Of a DNA stretch of 20,000 nt, positions 18,227-20,000 are shown piece after piece. Position 1 is the stretch's first letter. Every line of letters starts with the position of its first letter. The DNA is from Emiliania huxleyi CCMP1516 (Eukaryota), in NCBI RefSeq assembly GCF_000372725.1, contig NW_005201984.1:357162-377161 (forward strand), read 5' to 3'. Under the pieces are notes generated by a model. That model was not told the origin of the DNA and made no database searches. It worked only from the letters and a program-made list of their open reading frames with translations. The position numbers and the translations under genes were made by a program.

Positions 18227-20000
18227 TCACTGAGCGCGCGCCTGCTGCTTGCGCCGTGCGGCGATGGCGAGCCAGTGCGCGCCGCTCCGCGAGGCTCCGG
18301 GTGCGGGCGGCGGGTCCCCCTCGTCGCGCGCCGCCCGGAGCACGTGGTGACACAGCGAGCGGAGGAACGGGCGCTGCAACGGCTCGTCGTCGCGCGCCTC
18401 CGCGTGGGCCAGCAGCAGCCGCAGCGAGCGCATTCCGACCGCGCAGCGGTTGCGCTGGAGCCGTAGCGCTGTGTGGTAGAGCAGGAGGTACGCTGGCACC
18501 AAGTCGGGCTTCTCCTGGGTGAGGCACTCATACAGCAGCCGGTCGCAAAAGGTGTGCAGCTCCACCGCGTCGGGGGAAGCGGTGAGCGCTGTCGCGGCGG
18601 GCGTGGCGGCGGGCGCGGCGGCGCGGCGGCAGAGGTGCTGCGCAAAAGCGCGAATGGCCGGCTCGGAGCAGAAATGGGAGAGGGACGTCTCGCGCGGCGC
18701 GGCGGCGCTGCCAAAGGGGCGGCAAAAGATGGACGAGAGGCCGTGCGCGTCCTGCTTGTACGGGAGGTGGCCAGTCTTGCGCTTCACCCAGAGCACGCGC
18801 TGGCGCAACGCGGCGGCGTGGTCCGGGCGACGGCGCACGAGCAGCGACCGGCNNNNNNNNNNNNNNNNNNNNNNNNNNNNNNNNNNNNNNNNNNNNNNNN
18901 NNNNNNNNNNNNNNNNNNNNNNNNNNNNNNNNNNNNNNNNNNNNNNNNNNNNNNNNNNNNNNNNNNNNNNNNNNNNNNNNNNNNNNNNNNNNNNNNNNNN
19001 NNNNNNNNNNNNNNNNNNNNNNNNNNNNNNNNNNNNNNNNNNNNNNNNNNNNNNNNNATTCTCCTTCGGGGGGGGGCCCAATAAAATTTTGGGTTTAACC
19101 CCCCCGCGCCCCAACCGGCGTTTTGTGCCTCCTTGTTGGAAAAAAACAAAAACGCCCCCTGTGGGGCCCGCTCTCAAAGGAGGCCCCTCCCCCCCCGAAA
19201 TTAAGGGCGGGGGAGAGGGGCTTCTCTGCGCCACTGGAGGGGGCACCCGCGGGTGCGGAGGGGGCACCCGCGGGTGCGTGCGTGCGTGCGTGTGTGTGCG
19301 TGTGTGTGCGTGCGTGTATCTCGGGGGCGGGAGGGCACGCCTCGAGCTGTGCCGCCACGGAGGCGTTGTTGGACTTGCAGAAGAGGAGGCCGAGCGCGAG
19401 GGTGGCGCCGGCGGCGGTGACGTCGACGTTGACGCGCGGCCCCTCGCGGATGCGGTAGCAGCGCGTGGCGAGGGAAGCGGTCGGCTCCTTGGCCTGCGGC
19501 GAGGAGGCCTCGTGCGAGGGGCGAGCTAGGGGACGGGGCGCACGCCTGCCCCAGGCGCGGAGAGCTAACGGGGTGGGGTAATGGCGCGCCATGCCGTCGC
19601 CGCCGTCCGGGGAGCTGTAGACGGGCGCGCGGCCGTGCATGTAGCTCCCGAGCTTGTCCTCGATGAAGAGGTCGGCGAGGCCGGGGTCGGAGCCGCGGCC
19701 GAGCGAGACGAGCCCGAGCGCGATGCCGGCGGCGACCGAGTAGCTCTCGCGGCAGCCGAGCAGCTCGTTGGTCGGGGGGCGGGCGATCTCGCCGAGCATC
19801 ACCTGCGCAGCGAGCCGCGCCACTGAGCAGCTGGGCGACCTCTCGCTCGCGCGCTCTCGCGGTCGGCGGAAGCGGCGCCTCGGTCATGAGCCTCTGGCCG
19901 CTGGCTTGGTAGAGGAGGCCGACGCCGACCAGCGCCGAGATTTGCACGAGGGCGGGCACCTAGCCACGGCGCGGCCGAGGTGTGGCCGAGGTGTGGCCCG
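18227..20000 (-). CDS. APC1: Anaphase-promoting complex subunit 1, C-terminal part; runs off the window end, interrupted by a gap, last exon/stop tentative
   Basis: VQISALVGVGLLYQASGQRLMTE|VMLGEIARPP, RESYSVAAGIALGLVSLGRG and NVDVTAAGATLALGLLFCKSNN (PC-repeat region); after the gap LWVKRKTGHLPYKQD and LLYECLTQEKP. GC-AG intron 19878-19803 and a GC donor at 19340. Confidence 0.88.
18853..19057. other. Assembly gap (205 N)
   Basis: Run of N in the sequence. Confidence 0.99.
19236..19317. repeat. Intronic ~21-bp tandem duplication plus (TGCG)n/(TG)n microsatellite
   Basis: GGAGGGGGCACCCGCGGGTGC occurs twice, followed by TGCG and TG runs, inside an APC1 intron. Confidence 0.8.

Overview
GC-rich eukaryotic genomic DNA with short introns, mostly GC-AG, often containing ~11-bp tandem repeats. 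This style suggests a haptophyte such as Emiliania huxleyi (inference). From left to right: a 7-exon unconventional myosin (minus strand; GPSGAGKT P-loop, IQ motifs, coiled coil, PH-like and Cys-cluster tail); an orphan gene ending in a CE-clan (adenain/Ulp1-like) cysteine protease domain, lying in ~4 kb of non-genic DNA rich in hairpins and degenerate inverted repeats (possible non-autonomous mobile element); a DUF4203/TMEM198-like membrane protein head-to-head with ESCRT-III CHMP1/Did2; a small SMIM8/DUF4500-like protein; a membrane-anchored proline-rich protein with two bacterial-type SdrD-B-like repeats; a 5'-truncated Ty1/copia remnant (RT-RNase H, PPT, 3' LTR) with two nested insertions, a ~508-bp TSD-flanked retroposon-like insert and a 425-bp hAT-type MITE; and the 3' part of APC1, interrupted by an assembly gap. 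All protein family calls are by motif recognition, not database search.
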